Source: Patescibacteria group bacterium (GTDB lineage: Bacteria; Patescibacteriota; Patescibacteriia; Patescibacteriales; UBA12465). From it: a stretch of 64,000 bases of DNA. The position numbers were made by a program, and so were the translations under genes. Location: the NCBI GenBank assembly GCA_041650715.1, contig JBAZKQ010000001.1, positions 454,945 to 518,944 of the forward strand, written 5' to 3'. The number at the start of each line of letters is the position of its first letter. Positions within the stretch are counted from its first letter, which is position 1. The notes under the pieces are model-generated. The model searched no databases and had not been told where the DNA came from. It was given only the letters and a program-made list of their open reading frames with translations. Below, in pieces: positions 8,488 to 17,551 of the stretch.

Positions 8488-9348
8488 ATGAACAGCGAAA
8501 ATATTTTTGCCAAACAAATAGATAGTCCGGACACATCCGAGGGCCAACTTGAGAAATTAAAACCGGTTGAGCCTAATCTCGAAGATAAATATGCCATTAA
8601 TCAATTTAATGATTACTTAGAGGACGAGCTGCGAGCTTTGAATTTAAGCTTTAGCCCGGTCGCCCCGGAGAGCATCAAGATATACCGCCGGGATGATTTT
8701 GAAAAAATTAAACCTGACGCAGTAGCGCGCGAAGCCTTGCTGGCCGCTGGAATTTGTTTTGGCCAGAACCAAGAGATAATTATAAAGAGAACGACTTCTT
8801 CGGAGCAGTACCATGATTTATTGCATGGTATGATCAAGCATTTCTTGGCAGATCGTAATTTACAGCAAACAGGAGGTGCTATTTCGCAGAACGAAAACGC
8901 CACGACTGGTTTTGCCAATGGCATAGCCGAAAATTTAGCCGTAGAAATTTTGAATAAGCACCGCAGCGAATTATTAGCCAATTTGCCCAGTCTAAGTATT
9001 AATTCATCTCGGGCGCAAATGGCTAAAAGTAATTTTTTTAGAAACATAAGTGCCGAAGGTGCTTTTGTTAATTCACTAATAAAAAGGGGCGCCTTTAAGG
9101 GAGGTTCGGACCCGGAAAAACTTTGGCAATCGCTAAAACAAGAATTTTTACGAGGCGGACTTGAAAATTGCCGGGAAATAGAAAATATTTTTGGGACCGG
9201 TTCGCTAAAAATACTGGCCAAGCGTGGACAAGGAGCAGATATCGATTCTTTGGTTTATCGCTATTTTATGTCCGATGACGAAATTGAGAGAGACAGAATT
9301 AAGGAAAAGCTGCAAACTCCCGCCCCAGCCGTGCGCCAAGCGGCCTAA
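8488..9348 (+). CDS. Hypothetical protein
   Basis: 286-aa ORF with no motif I can recognise. Confidence 0.5.
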   Translation: MNSENIFAKQIDSPDTSEGQLEKLKPVEPNLEDKYAINQFNDYLEDELRALNLSFSPVAPESIKIYRRDDFEKIKPDAVAREALLAAGICFGQNQEIIIKRTTSSEQYHDLLHGMIKHFLADRNLQQTGGAISQNENATTGFANGIAENLAVEILNKHRSELLANLPSLSINSSRAQMAKSNFFRNISAEGAFVNSLIKRGAFKGGSDPEKLWQSLKQEFLRGGLENCREIENIFGTGSLKILAKRGQGADIDSLVYRYFMSDDEIERDRIKEKLQTPAPAVRQAA

Positions 9349-9389
9349 AACATGAAATAATTATATAATTATTCATAAATACATCTATA

Positions 9390-10103
9390 ATGAGACTTAT
9401 TTTTAAAATAGATAAGAAGTACGACGAGGCAATGATTCTTGATATTATTCCCCGTGACGCGAAAAAGAATAAACCAGAATTAGCCGAGCTATTACGCATC
9501 GATATTGAAGAATTAGCTGATGTTTTGCAAAATAAAAAACTCTCCTTGAAAAAGGCGGTTAGCATTTTAGTGAATAATAAATATAAAAGAATATCGGCTT
9601 ATTTAAAAAGTTCCGCCCTGGATTATCAGAAATCCTGGGATAAAATGAATGATGATTTTTTTAAATTAGTATCCACCAAGACCGGACAAGCTTGGAAATA
9701 TAAAAAATATTATTGTATTATAAGCGCTTATCGCGAAGGTATTAGTAGCTGGGGCGGCAATATCGTTGCTCGTCGTTGGTCTATAAATGCTGATGTCCAA
9801 AGAAGGATGACAGCTCATGAAATAGTCCTCTCTCATTTTTGGACAATGTTGGAAAACAATAATATTTCTCGAAAATGGCCAAATAAAAAGAAATGGCAAT
9901 ACTCTGAAATATTTTCCTGGTGTTTGCTGGGGCTTGATAAAGACTTTATTATTTTTTGGCCCTGGCTTTTAAAAAAAGACCTATTCCCCTTGAATCATCA
10001 GTATCATGATTTAGTCCCGCTTCAAATCAAACTAAAAGATCTATATTTTAAAAGTAATAATTTTGTTGATTTTTTTGAGAATGCTATTATTAGCGGGAAA
10101 TAA
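9390..10103 (+). CDS. Hypothetical protein
   Basis: 237-aa ORF with no motif I can recognise. Confidence 0.5.
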   Translation: MRLIFKIDKKYDEAMILDIIPRDAKKNKPELAELLRIDIEELADVLQNKKLSLKKAVSILVNNKYKRISAYLKSSALDYQKSWDKMNDDFFKLVSTKTGQAWKYKKYYCIISAYREGISSWGGNIVARRWSINADVQRRMTAHEIVLSHFWTMLENNNISRKWPNKKKWQYSEIFSWCLLGLDKDFIIFWPWLLKKDLFPLNHQYHDLVPLQIKLKDLYFKSNNFVDFFENAIISGK

Positions 10104-10141
10104 AAAAGGCGCTTCCCTTTTTATTTATTGGTTTGCTATTT

Positions 10142-11452
10142 TTATTTAAACCATAAATTCCCTCCCAGATGCCAGACGGAAACGGAAGAGATGCCGGCGG
10201 CTTGAATAACTTGCAACTTCTTAGTCATACTAACTCCGTCCTGATAAAAATAAACATTATTACCGTTCCGCCAAGTCATCTCAAACGAGTTTGGATCCCT
10301 TTGTGCTGTGGAAAATCCCGGCTCTTTTTTTATCTGCTCATAAGTCATGAGCGTAAACTTCTGCGTGCCAATAGTTCCTTTATAGCCGTAGGCAGGAATT
10401 CCGACCGAAAGCTTCGCCTTATTGGGAAATCTTCCCAGGGTCCATTTAATGGTGTTCTGTAGCCAGGAGATGGGCGCGATCGGCTCTCCGGAGCCCTGGT
10501 CATACTGATAGTCATAAGTCATGACTACCAAGCGATCAACGGGCAAAGCATTAAAATCGGCATAGCGCCAAACATACCAAGCCTCTTCAACCGCATTCGA
10601 AGTGGCCGGACCGTCCACGATTAATTTCTTCTTTTGGGCATGCAGAGCGTTCCCTAATTTCGTGATAAATTGCTTATACTTTAAATAAGTCGGTGCCGAC
10701 CAGCCGCCGAAGTCTTCAAAATCAAGTTCAATACCGGTGATATTATTATTAACGGTAAAATCAACCAAGGTTTTTATATCAGTATTGTCTTGAAGTGCAG
10801 CCGTGAGAAATTGATCCATAACACTCGCATCAGCCGATGATACGGTCGCGTATTGCTCCTGAGAATATTTTTTAAGACTGGACACATTGGCCGCTGAATA
10901 GCCGTTACATGCCCCTTTATTCTCCGGTATTAAAATAAGTTGCCCGCTATCACCAAGCTTAAAATACTCCGCTTTCAGGATCTTGATTTTTCGCCCGTCG
11001 CTATACTCCGTCTTGGCGCTGCAACTCTGCCCGCCCGGATAAATCCAAGCCATTAATTCCGTGGACTTAAATGACGGAGCGGCCGGGGCCGTCGCGATAA
11101 CTTTGCTGCTTGAGGTAAGGTTCGCCATGGCGGCCGTTGAGATTGTCTTTTTTGGGGCGACACTTGGCGTTAAATTTGCCTTTGGCGGACTTGAAGCTGC
11201 TGCTTTTATGGCCGGCGGCTTTTGCACAAGCGTATTCTGCGCAAGCGGCTTTTGCACAAGCGTATTCTGCGCTACCTGATTTTTAGTTATTGGAGTTTGA
11301 GCTACCGGAGTTTGAACTATTGAAGTTTGCCCGGTCGAATTTTGCGTCGACGGTGTAAATACTGGTCGATTTAGGGCCAAGCGATAAAGGAAAAGACCCC
11401 CTAAAATCAGGGCTCCAAAACCGAATGAGACAATATATATTGATTTTGACAT
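10142..11452 (-). CDS. Membrane-anchored GH18-like (chitinase-fold) protein, paralog 1
   Basis: N-terminal TM anchor, low-complexity Q/T/P linker, then ITGIELDFEDF (the GH18 DxxDxDxE region with D-x-E retained). It shares the WIYPG...C...EY.DGR block and the SVWH.GGNLWF C-terminus with 13356-14798. Confidence 0.7.
   Translation of the reverse strand: MSKSIYIVSFGFGALILGGLFLYRLALNRPVFTPSTQNSTGQTSIVQTPVAQTPITKNQVAQNTLVQKPLAQNTLVQKPPAIKAAASSPPKANLTPSVAPKKTISTAAMANLTSSSKVIATAPAAPSFKSTELMAWIYPGGQSCSAKTEYSDGRKIKILKAEYFKLGDSGQLILIPENKGACNGYSAANVSSLKKYSQEQYATVSSADASVMDQFLTAALQDNTDIKTLVDFTVNNNITGIELDFEDFGGWSAPTYLKYKQFITKLGNALHAQKKKLIVDGPATSNAVEEAWYVWRYADFNALPVDRLVVMTYDYQYDQGSGEPIAPISWLQNTIKWTLGRFPNKAKLSVGIPAYGYKGTIGTQKFTLMTYEQIKKEPGFSTAQRDPNSFEMTWRNGNNVYFYQDGVSMTKKLQVIQAAGISSVSVWHLGGNLWFK
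11216..11272 (-). repeat. 30-bp in-frame tandem duplication in the linker of GH18 paralog 1
   Basis: cggcttttgcacaagcgtattctgcgcaag occurs about 1.9 times, encoding QNTLVQKPLA/QNTLVQKPPA. Confidence 0.8.
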
Positions 11453-11456
11453 ATTA

Positions 11457-12896
11457 TTATTTCATTAAATTTAAATTATCTTTAGAAAGAAAGACATCTT
11501 CTTTGGAAAGAATCATTTCGTCGCGAGAAAGAATAATTTGTTCTTTAGGTTCCTCCGCAAAGACGCCCTCCCTTTTCCAGACTTGCCATTCTACCTCTTC
11601 TTTCTTTAGATAACTCATGAAGGTTTTTATCAGGGCGCTAAACTCGACGAAGGTGCTGGCATAAAATAAGAGCCAGCCGATCGGCGCCAATATCAGTAAG
11701 CGGGCCCGCTTTTTGACGCGGCGGTCAAACAAGATCTGGACCATGAACATCGAGGTCACGACAATAATTCCCGAGAGGAAAGAAGAATAATCATTAGTCA
11801 GATAGGAATAAATATAAACAAAGATGATAAAAAATAACTCCATGAATAACTGCATATCACCAAAAATCGCCAAAGGAAGAATAAACCAGGAAAGAAATTT
11901 CTTATGAATTTTATTGGTGCTAAAGAACATCGGCTGGTAATCCATAAAGGTTTGGAGCCGGCCCCGTTTCCATCTTAAGCGCTGCTTCATCAGGCTTTTT
12001 AGGTCAGATGCCCCTTCGGTGTAGACAACGGCATCTTCAGCGTAGACGATTTTAAAACCGGCATACTGGATGCGGAAAGTCAGATCGATGTCTTCGGTAA
12101 TATTGGTCACGCTATAGCCACCGATTTCCTTAAATATACTTTTCCGAAAAGCTCCGGCCGCACCGCCGATAATATAAATTGATCCGAGAATCGAATCACA
12201 TTTCTTAAAATAAAAAGAAAAAAGAAATTCCAAATACTGGACTACGCCCAAGATAGTTTGCGTATTGCCGATTTTTACATTACCGACCGCGGCCATTACC
12301 TTGGGGTCTTGAAAATGATTAACAAAATTCTCGATGGTGTCCGGCGGCACAAAGCAATCGGCGTCGATTGAGATAATAATTTCTCCCTTCGCTCGGGAAA
12401 TTCCCTTGTTTAAAGCGTGCCCCTTGCCCGGGGTCTTTTCTTTCAGACAAACAATCTTAATATTATTTTCCGAGCTTCCTTCAATCGAATTTTCATAGTC
12501 TTTAATTAAAGCTTTAACATTATCATAGGTATTATCAGTCGAAGCATTATCGATTACGATTATTTCCAGATTTTTATAAGTACTCTCGAGTAGCGCCCGA
12601 ATAGTTAGCAGGACGCCCGTTTCCTCGTTGCGCGCCGGCACCAACACGCTTACCTTTTCCTTAAAGCCTCCGGTTTTTAGCATCTTGCGTTTACGATAGG
12701 CGAGCACCGCATCATACCAGGGGCTAATGACCATGTAGATAAAGTATTTGATGAGGAGAATAGTCGCAAAGCTGACGATAATAAAGCGCAAGAAAGGAAA
12801 ATTATAGTTCTCGTTCGGTGCCAAAAAGTAAACCGACAGAATAATTCCGACTGTTAAGATATAAAGGAAAAAATAGACAATAAATTTTTTAAACAT
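11457..12896 (-). CDS. Processive family-2 glycosyltransferase (NodC/PgaC/chitin-synthase-like polysaccharide synthase)
   Basis: VLVPARNEE, IISIDADC (DxD), TEDIDLTFR and QRLRWKRG (QxxRW), with N- and C-terminal TM helices. Confidence 0.85.
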   Translation of the reverse strand: MFKKFIVYFFLYILTVGIILSVYFLAPNENYNFPFLRFIIVSFATILLIKYFIYMVISPWYDAVLAYRKRKMLKTGGFKEKVSVLVPARNEETGVLLTIRALLESTYKNLEIIVIDNASTDNTYDNVKALIKDYENSIEGSSENNIKIVCLKEKTPGKGHALNKGISRAKGEIIISIDADCFVPPDTIENFVNHFQDPKVMAAVGNVKIGNTQTILGVVQYLEFLFSFYFKKCDSILGSIYIIGGAAGAFRKSIFKEIGGYSVTNITEDIDLTFRIQYAGFKIVYAEDAVVYTEGASDLKSLMKQRLRWKRGRLQTFMDYQPMFFSTNKIHKKFLSWFILPLAIFGDMQLFMELFFIIFVYIYSYLTNDYSSFLSGIIVVTSMFMVQILFDRRVKKRARLLILAPIGWLLFYASTFVEFSALIKTFMSYLKKEEVEWQVWKREGVFAEEPKEQIILSRDEMILSKEDVFLSKDNLNLMK

Positions 12897-12900
12897 ATAT

Positions 12901-13104
12901 TTATGATTTAATATGTTTAAAGTAATTCTCTAAAAGCTTGGCCGCCAAGTTAGAGAGAATTATCACACTCAAAAATATAGTCACCAAGCGATAAGCGGTA
13001 ACGGTAATCTCAGGAAAAAAATAACTATAAAAAAGGATCAGCAAGAGGAGGAAAGTCAGAAAAATAAGCAGGCTATCTATAAATTTTGGAATATTTTTAT
13101 GCAT
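12901..13104 (-). CDS. Small two-TM membrane protein upstream of the GT2 synthase
   Basis: 67 aa and almost entirely hydrophobic, 4 nt upstream of the GT2 start. Confidence 0.5.
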   Translation of the reverse strand: MHKNIPKFIDSLLIFLTFLLLLILFYSYFFPEITVTAYRLVTIFLSVIILSNLAAKLLENYFKHIKS

Positions 13105-13355
13105 ATAATATTTTTAAGTACCCCGGTAAATTCTATATTAAAACCAGGAAAGCCCCTCTCCATTCTGAAAAGGGGCTAAATTATCAATTTACGTGCGCTA
13201 ACGCCTAACTAAATATATACGCATTTCGCAATATTTTTTTTCGGTAATTTTTCAGAAAAACAGACCTAAAGAAAAACGAGCGGTTTTACCCGCTCGTTTG
13301 TTAATTTTCGCTAATTTATCAATACTTAAGCTAAGTGCAGCATTTTATTTGGCTC

Positions 13356-14798
13356 TTAACGAGAAAACCATAAATTCCCGCCTATGTGCCAAACGGAAAC
13401 ATTTTTTATGCCCATAGCTTCAATTAAGGCCTTTTTACGATCAAGCGTTGAGGCCGCTTGGACAGAATAATAGGTGTTCCCGACCTGCCAAGTTTCTTCC
13501 CCGTCCGCGCTTAGCGTCCGCGTAGAGAAGCCAGGATAGGTCATTGACTGGCTATAGGTATCAATTATCGGATTATAGCTTCCCAGCGTGCCATGATAGC
13601 CATAGGCCGGAATACCGACAATTATTCTATTTATATCTAAACGCGCTTTCGCCCAATTAACAACCTTCGCTACCCAGGCCTCCGGCGCAACCGGCTCCCC
13701 GACGCCAAAATCATATTGGTAGTCGTAAGCCATGATCGCGATATAATCGATGGCTGTAAAATCTTCATACTTAAACAAAAAATAACTCTGATAAGTCGGA
13801 TCGCTAATAGCTGGCGCATCAATCATTAATAATTTTCCCTGAGCGTGCAGGCTGGCCTGGAGGGCCGTTGTAAAATTACGATAATTCGCGTAATCAGTAG
13901 CGGTCCAATCGGAAAAATTTTCCCAGTCAATTTCCACGCCGCTAAAACCAGATGCGACAGTAAAATCAGTTAAGGTATTAATGGCAGAGGTTCTGAGGGC
14001 TGAAGAAGCTAAAAGCTTACGAAAATTCGCAATGCTCCCTGAGACAGTTACGTATTGATGATTGGAATGAGCCTTAATGTCGGCCGCATTAGCAGGACTA
14101 TAGGCATTACAGCCATCGCTACTTACCGTTAACTGGCGAAGTGCGCCTGTGCTTTGCACAGTATAGTATTCCGGCTTGAGCGTATCGATATTTCGGCCGT
14201 CAGTATATTCCTTGGTGCTTGAACAAGCCGGTTCACCCGGATAAATCCAAGCTTGGGTATCTCCAGCCGCTACAAGCGGAAGAGTGGTCGTGCTAACAGG
14301 AGCAATCGGATCTATTTCAACCACAGGAACGACCGGCTCGATTGCGTTTGCCGATATTAAAGTAACTGCCTTGCTTACGCAAGAATCTTTGGCGCCTGTC
14401 GCGGAAGCGCAAGCTTCACCGAACATCTGGTCACCTGCATTCGAATTGTTTTTAATAGTTACGGAAAATGAATAAACCTGGTTGCGAGCCATATTACCTA
14501 CGAACCAATAATAGTCCGAGGCGGTCGGCGCCGGACTGGAAGCGACGTAATCTTCGTTAGCCGCGTAATATATAGAAACGCCTGCGCCCGCGCAAGAAGT
14601 CGTGCCGACGTTTTTCAGAGAATAGCGATAAGTGACGCTACCCCCCGCCTGTAGACTCGTGCTCGATGGAGTCGAGCTAAGGTTAAGAGAACATTTTGCT
14701 CTATTTTTAGCGGCCTCAGCCGTTAGAGGTGAGCTGGTCAATATTAAAAAAAACGATAATAATACAAAAAAAACTACAAGTTTAGTTCTATGAATCAT
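13356..14798 (-). CDS. Secreted GH18-like (chitinase-fold) protein, paralog 2, with an N-terminal Ig-like domain
   Basis: Signal peptide ...SSPLTAEA. A beta-rich N-domain is followed by FSGVEIDWENF (the canonical DxDxE core). It is a paralog of 10142-11452. Confidence 0.75.
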   Translation of the reverse strand: MIHRTKLVVFFVLLSFFLILTSSPLTAEAAKNRAKCSLNLSSTPSSTSLQAGGSVTYRYSLKNVGTTSCAGAGVSIYYAANEDYVASSPAPTASDYYWFVGNMARNQVYSFSVTIKNNSNAGDQMFGEACASATGAKDSCVSKAVTLISANAIEPVVPVVEIDPIAPVSTTTLPLVAAGDTQAWIYPGEPACSSTKEYTDGRNIDTLKPEYYTVQSTGALRQLTVSSDGCNAYSPANAADIKAHSNHQYVTVSGSIANFRKLLASSALRTSAINTLTDFTVASGFSGVEIDWENFSDWTATDYANYRNFTTALQASLHAQGKLLMIDAPAISDPTYQSYFLFKYEDFTAIDYIAIMAYDYQYDFGVGEPVAPEAWVAKVVNWAKARLDINRIIVGIPAYGYHGTLGSYNPIIDTYSQSMTYPGFSTRTLSADGEETWQVGNTYYSVQAASTLDRKKALIEAMGIKNVSVWHIGGNLWFSR

Positions 14799-15082
14799 AA
14801 TTTGATTAATTATTATTTACAAAGAAATAACGCCTAATATAAGCGTTATTCAATCTTTTTGGCGGCTAATATATTTTTCTAATTTAAGAATGTATATCTT
14901 AAACGTGTGAAAAAAAGATTATTCGCACATAAATTATGCAATCATTTTATGATACAAATTTTCATTAGTCAAGAAGCAAATAAAAATGGAATAACATTAG
15001 CTAATTTTAGGATTGTCTTTCGAACGATATGTTTTTAGGGTTTTAAAATATGTTCCCGTTATTAAGATTAATCGAGACAAAT

Positions 15083-15115
15083 AAAAAACCCCGAAACTTT
15101 ATTAGTTCCAGGGTT
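15083..15115 (-). terminator. Intrinsic terminator, copy 1 of a twin
   Basis: Minus strand reads AACCCUGGAAC-UAAUAAA-GUUUCGGGGUU followed by U6. It is about 90% identical to 21860-21891. Confidence 0.7.
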
Positions 15116-15134
15116 ATTGATAAACATTAGTTAT

Positions 15135-15605
15135 TTAAACTTTCAAATTCAGGAGTATCTGCAGACTTTTTTCGGCATCCGAACGGACATCCGCGTCGCT
15201 ATCAAAAAAATCATATATTTTCCAGATTACTTCACGGGCATCCCACAATTCAATTTCGTCACCAATACGCAGACCAAGTTTAGATTTGTTCTTTTCATGA
15301 TCTTTAAAATAAAAATGATAACTTGTTTTTAACTTGGCAGAATTATCATCTTCGGCAATTGCAAGCCAGAAGGCGATACGGTCAGTGTGAATTGTAGCTG
15401 CAAAAAGTGTGAAATCGCTAAAATAGTTTCCAAACAATTGATCATTCATGTAACCATCAATTGTTTCGCCAGCTGGAGCAACATCTTCAAAATGACGAAA
15501 TTCAACCGATAGGTCTTTTTTGTCTTTCCAGTCATTTTTAATGCCCCTGAAAACACATTGGATCTTTTTAATTTCCGTTTCGACACTAAATTTTTCTCTA
15601 ATCAC
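15135..15605 (-). CDS. Hypothetical protein with a GTG start and a strong SD
   Basis: AGGAGG (15618-15613) lies 7 nt before the GTG at 15605. The ORF-track start at 15665 falls inside the promoter and was rejected. Confidence 0.55.
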   Translation of the reverse strand: MIREKFSVETEIKKIQCVFRGIKNDWKDKKDLSVEFRHFEDVAPAGETIDGYMNDQLFGNYFSDFTLFAATIHTDRIAFWLAIAEDDNSAKLKTSYHFYFKDHEKNKSKLGLRIGDEIELWDAREVIWKIYDFFDSDADVRSDAEKSLQILLNLKV

Positions 15606-15655
15606 GTTATTTCCTCCTATTTTAAGGTTAATAATAATTGTTAAGGTAATAAAAA

Positions 15656-15684
15656 ATAATACCACAGTGTATTAGTTTTGTCAA
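15656..15684 (-). promoter_or_regulatory. Consensus sigma-70 promoter, module copy a
   Basis: Minus strand reads TTGACAAAACTAATACACTGTGGTATTAT (TTGACA-17-TATTAT), followed by the shared ATTACCTTAACAAT 5'UTR box. Confidence 0.65.
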
Positions 15685-15706
15685 ATCCTCTGTTATCGGG
15701 ATCTTC

Positions 15707-15769
15707 GGAATATGCTTTATAATTTAATGAGTGCTTAAACAAAAACGAGCCTGACTGACTCGTTTTTTT
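15707..15769. repeat. Remnant of the HNH-gene 3' end plus its terminator (copy 1 of 3)
   Basis: ggaatatgctttataatttaatgagtgc...aaaaacgagcctgactgactcgttttttt matches 19128-19189 and 20447-20508. Confidence 0.75.
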
Positions 15770-15785
15770 ATTAAAGTTAAATATT

Positions 15786-16319
15786 TCAAATTGTTTGTTT
15801 TGCGAGCGGCATCTTTTCTAAAATTTCAGTTACTAAGCCAAGCGCTTTCGCTTCCTCCGTTGTTAAAAAAGTACTATTTTGCATAAGATTTCCAATCTCA
15901 GCTTCGGTCTTCCCCGTCTCCTGAGAAATAATGCTTATGCTCTTTTTTAACAATTCTTTAAATGTAATTAAAGCTTCATCGTGATTATGCAGGGTGGCGG
16001 TTTTGTGCCCACTTGTAAATATGCCTTCATGGAGCAAAAAACGACAACCGTTTATTGCAATTCTTTTGCTGCCGGCCGAAAAAATAACATTAGCCGCGGA
16101 GTCGATCTGACTAAAAGCAATCATTTCAATCTCAATAGGCAGGGCTTTTAGATAAGAGTAGATTCTAATAGCCGAGTCAATATCTCCTCCCCCAGAAGAA
16201 ATAATAATCTTTAGTCTTTTTATATTAGAACTATAGAGAGCATTATTAACCCACACGATTAGATTTTGCGCTATATTCGTGTCGATGTCCCCGGTTATTG
16301 TGTACCATTGTTCTTCCAT
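15786..16319 (-). CDS. Stand-alone ClpP/S14-fold serine protease-like protein
   Basis: IIISSGGGDIDSAIRIYSYLKALPIEIEMIAFSQIDSAANVIFSAGSKRIAINGCRFLLHEG aligns with ClpP INSPGG...GQAASMG...MIHQP. No clpX is adjacent. Confidence 0.65.
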   Translation of the reverse strand: MEEQWYTITGDIDTNIAQNLIVWVNNALYSSNIKRLKIIISSGGGDIDSAIRIYSYLKALPIEIEMIAFSQIDSAANVIFSAGSKRIAINGCRFLLHEGIFTSGHKTATLHNHDEALITFKELLKKSISIISQETGKTEAEIGNLMQNSTFLTTEEAKALGLVTEILEKMPLAKQTI

Positions 16320-16497
16320 ATGTTTATGATTTATGTATTTTCATTCCTAAATAGCCCATTTATCGGCTACTTAAAGTTTACACCCCTAATTAGAGCATTT
16401 CAAACCAGGGGGTGGATAACTTTATTATTTAAAAAATTTGCCCAGACAAATAAAAAAAGGCATGTTTAGAGGATGCCTTTTGTGCTGCCGAATCATT

Positions 16498-16710
16498 TTA
16501 ATAATGTAAATTTTTGTAACTTTGTTTTTTTAAATATTTGCCCATATGATAGATGAAAGCAAATACTGCCACTATCGCAAATGCACCAAGCGCAATGCAC
16601 TTAACAAAATCACTGTAATCTTTTGGCGTTTTTTGCCAAATATCAATGTCGATAAACGTAAGAAATAAGACTTCAACGGCGAAAATCATCAGCCAGATTA
16701 GATGTTTCAT
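16498..16710 (-). CDS. Small two-TM membrane protein
   Basis: 70-aa hydrophobic ORF with its own promoter and terminator. Confidence 0.45.
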   Translation of the reverse strand: MKHLIWLMIFAVEVLFLTFIDIDIWQKTPKDYSDFVKCIALGAFAIVAVFAFIYHMGKYLKKQSYKNLHY

Positions 16711-16760
16711 TGTTCTTCTGATTTATGGTTTATACTATATGATTGTTAAGGTAATTAAGA

Positions 16761-16789
16761 ATAATGCCATGGGGTATTGGTTTTGTCAA
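16761..16789 (-). promoter_or_regulatory. Consensus sigma-70 promoter, module copy b
   Basis: Minus strand reads TTGACAAAACCAATACCCCATGGCATTAT, then the ATTACCTTAACAAT box shared with 15630-15684. Confidence 0.6.
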
Positions 16790-16912
16790 TAGTAGTTGGT
16801 AATTTGCGCATACGTATGTTAATTTCCATAGCTGCCAGGTTCACATAAAGAAAAAACCCTACGATAAACTGTTAGGTTTTTTCGTAGGGTTAACTTGAAA
16901 GCATGTTTTTGT

Positions 16913-17395
16913 TCAGACATCTCTTTTTAAGCGACGCCCAAACTGGAAAGGGCTACTGAAGTCAGCACCGCCATCATCGACGTGTCCCGGGATTGCCTTT
17001 TTAGTCATTCCGGACACAATAGGTTCACTGCCGGGTTGTACCAATTTATAGTCGACCCCTTTAATTGCCCAATAACTTTTTTTGAGCAGTTCAAGATCTT
17101 TGCTAAAAAGTATGCTATCACTTTGGCCGGGGACAAAATATATATCACCCAGTTGAACACACAATATCTCACCATTGGAGATTAACAATTCCTTTTGAGC
17201 ATCAATCAGGTTTACCTTATTTTCATTTGCCTCATAACAGGCCTCAAATAACATACGGCCTGAATACAAATTTTCGCCAACAATCATATTTTCGACAAAC
17301 ATTTCATAGCTGTCAGCGAGGTAACACATAGACAAGGTCTTGTTTAGATTGACATAACTTTTCGCAAGTTCATTCAAAAGATTACTAATTTTCAT
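16913..17395 (-). CDS. Hypothetical protein
   Basis: 160-aa ORF with its own promoter (17443-17471) and terminator (about 16850-16893). Confidence 0.5.
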   Translation of the reverse strand: MKISNLLNELAKSYVNLNKTLSMCYLADSYEMFVENMIVGENLYSGRMLFEACYEANENKVNLIDAQKELLISNGEILCVQLGDIYFVPGQSDSILFSKDLELLKKSYWAIKGVDYKLVQPGSEPIVSGMTKKAIPGHVDDGGADFSSPFQFGRRLKRDV

Positions 17396-17442
17396 GATAT
17401 AACGGATTTTAAGGTTCGACTTATGAATTTATACTATAAATA

Positions 17443-17471
17443 ACTATACCACAAGATACATTATTTGTCAA
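17443..17471 (-). promoter_or_regulatory. Consensus sigma-70 promoter
   Basis: Minus strand reads TTGACA-17-TATAGT. Confidence 0.6.
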
Positions 17472-17551
17472 TAGAGTCATCGTGTCTAATTCGAAACTAA
17501 AATCATAAAAAGAGCCCTTCTTTCGATAGGGCTCTTTGTTGTAATAATGTT

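Noticed and set aside
8613-9221. 202-aa antisense ORF inside the 8488-9348 gene. Similar long shadow ORFs occur at 46899-47276, 53790-54140, 58997-59419, 60007-60333 and 63362-63790.
   Set aside because: All lie antisense to confidently identified genes such as ruvX, rpsE, rplF, rpsC and the PBP5-like gene. Their translations are low-complexity Ser/Ala/Pro/Arg-rich, as is typical of reverse-frame ORFs.
11216-11272. Possible CRISPR array, suggested by short direct repeats here, at 41675-41704 and at 54173-54227
   Set aside because: The repeats are strictly tandem with no spacers and have only 2-3 units. Two of them are in-frame coding duplications. No cas genes are present in the window.
15606-15665. 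ORF-track start at 15665 for the gene ending at 15135, and likewise the GTG at 28719 for the gene ending at 28198
   Set aside because: The extension at 15665 runs through the -10 box and 5' UTR of its own promoter, while an AGGAGG-7-GTG start exists at 15605. The GTG at 28719 is part of the AGGAGGTG Shine-Dalgarno, and the ATG at 28710 is correctly spaced.
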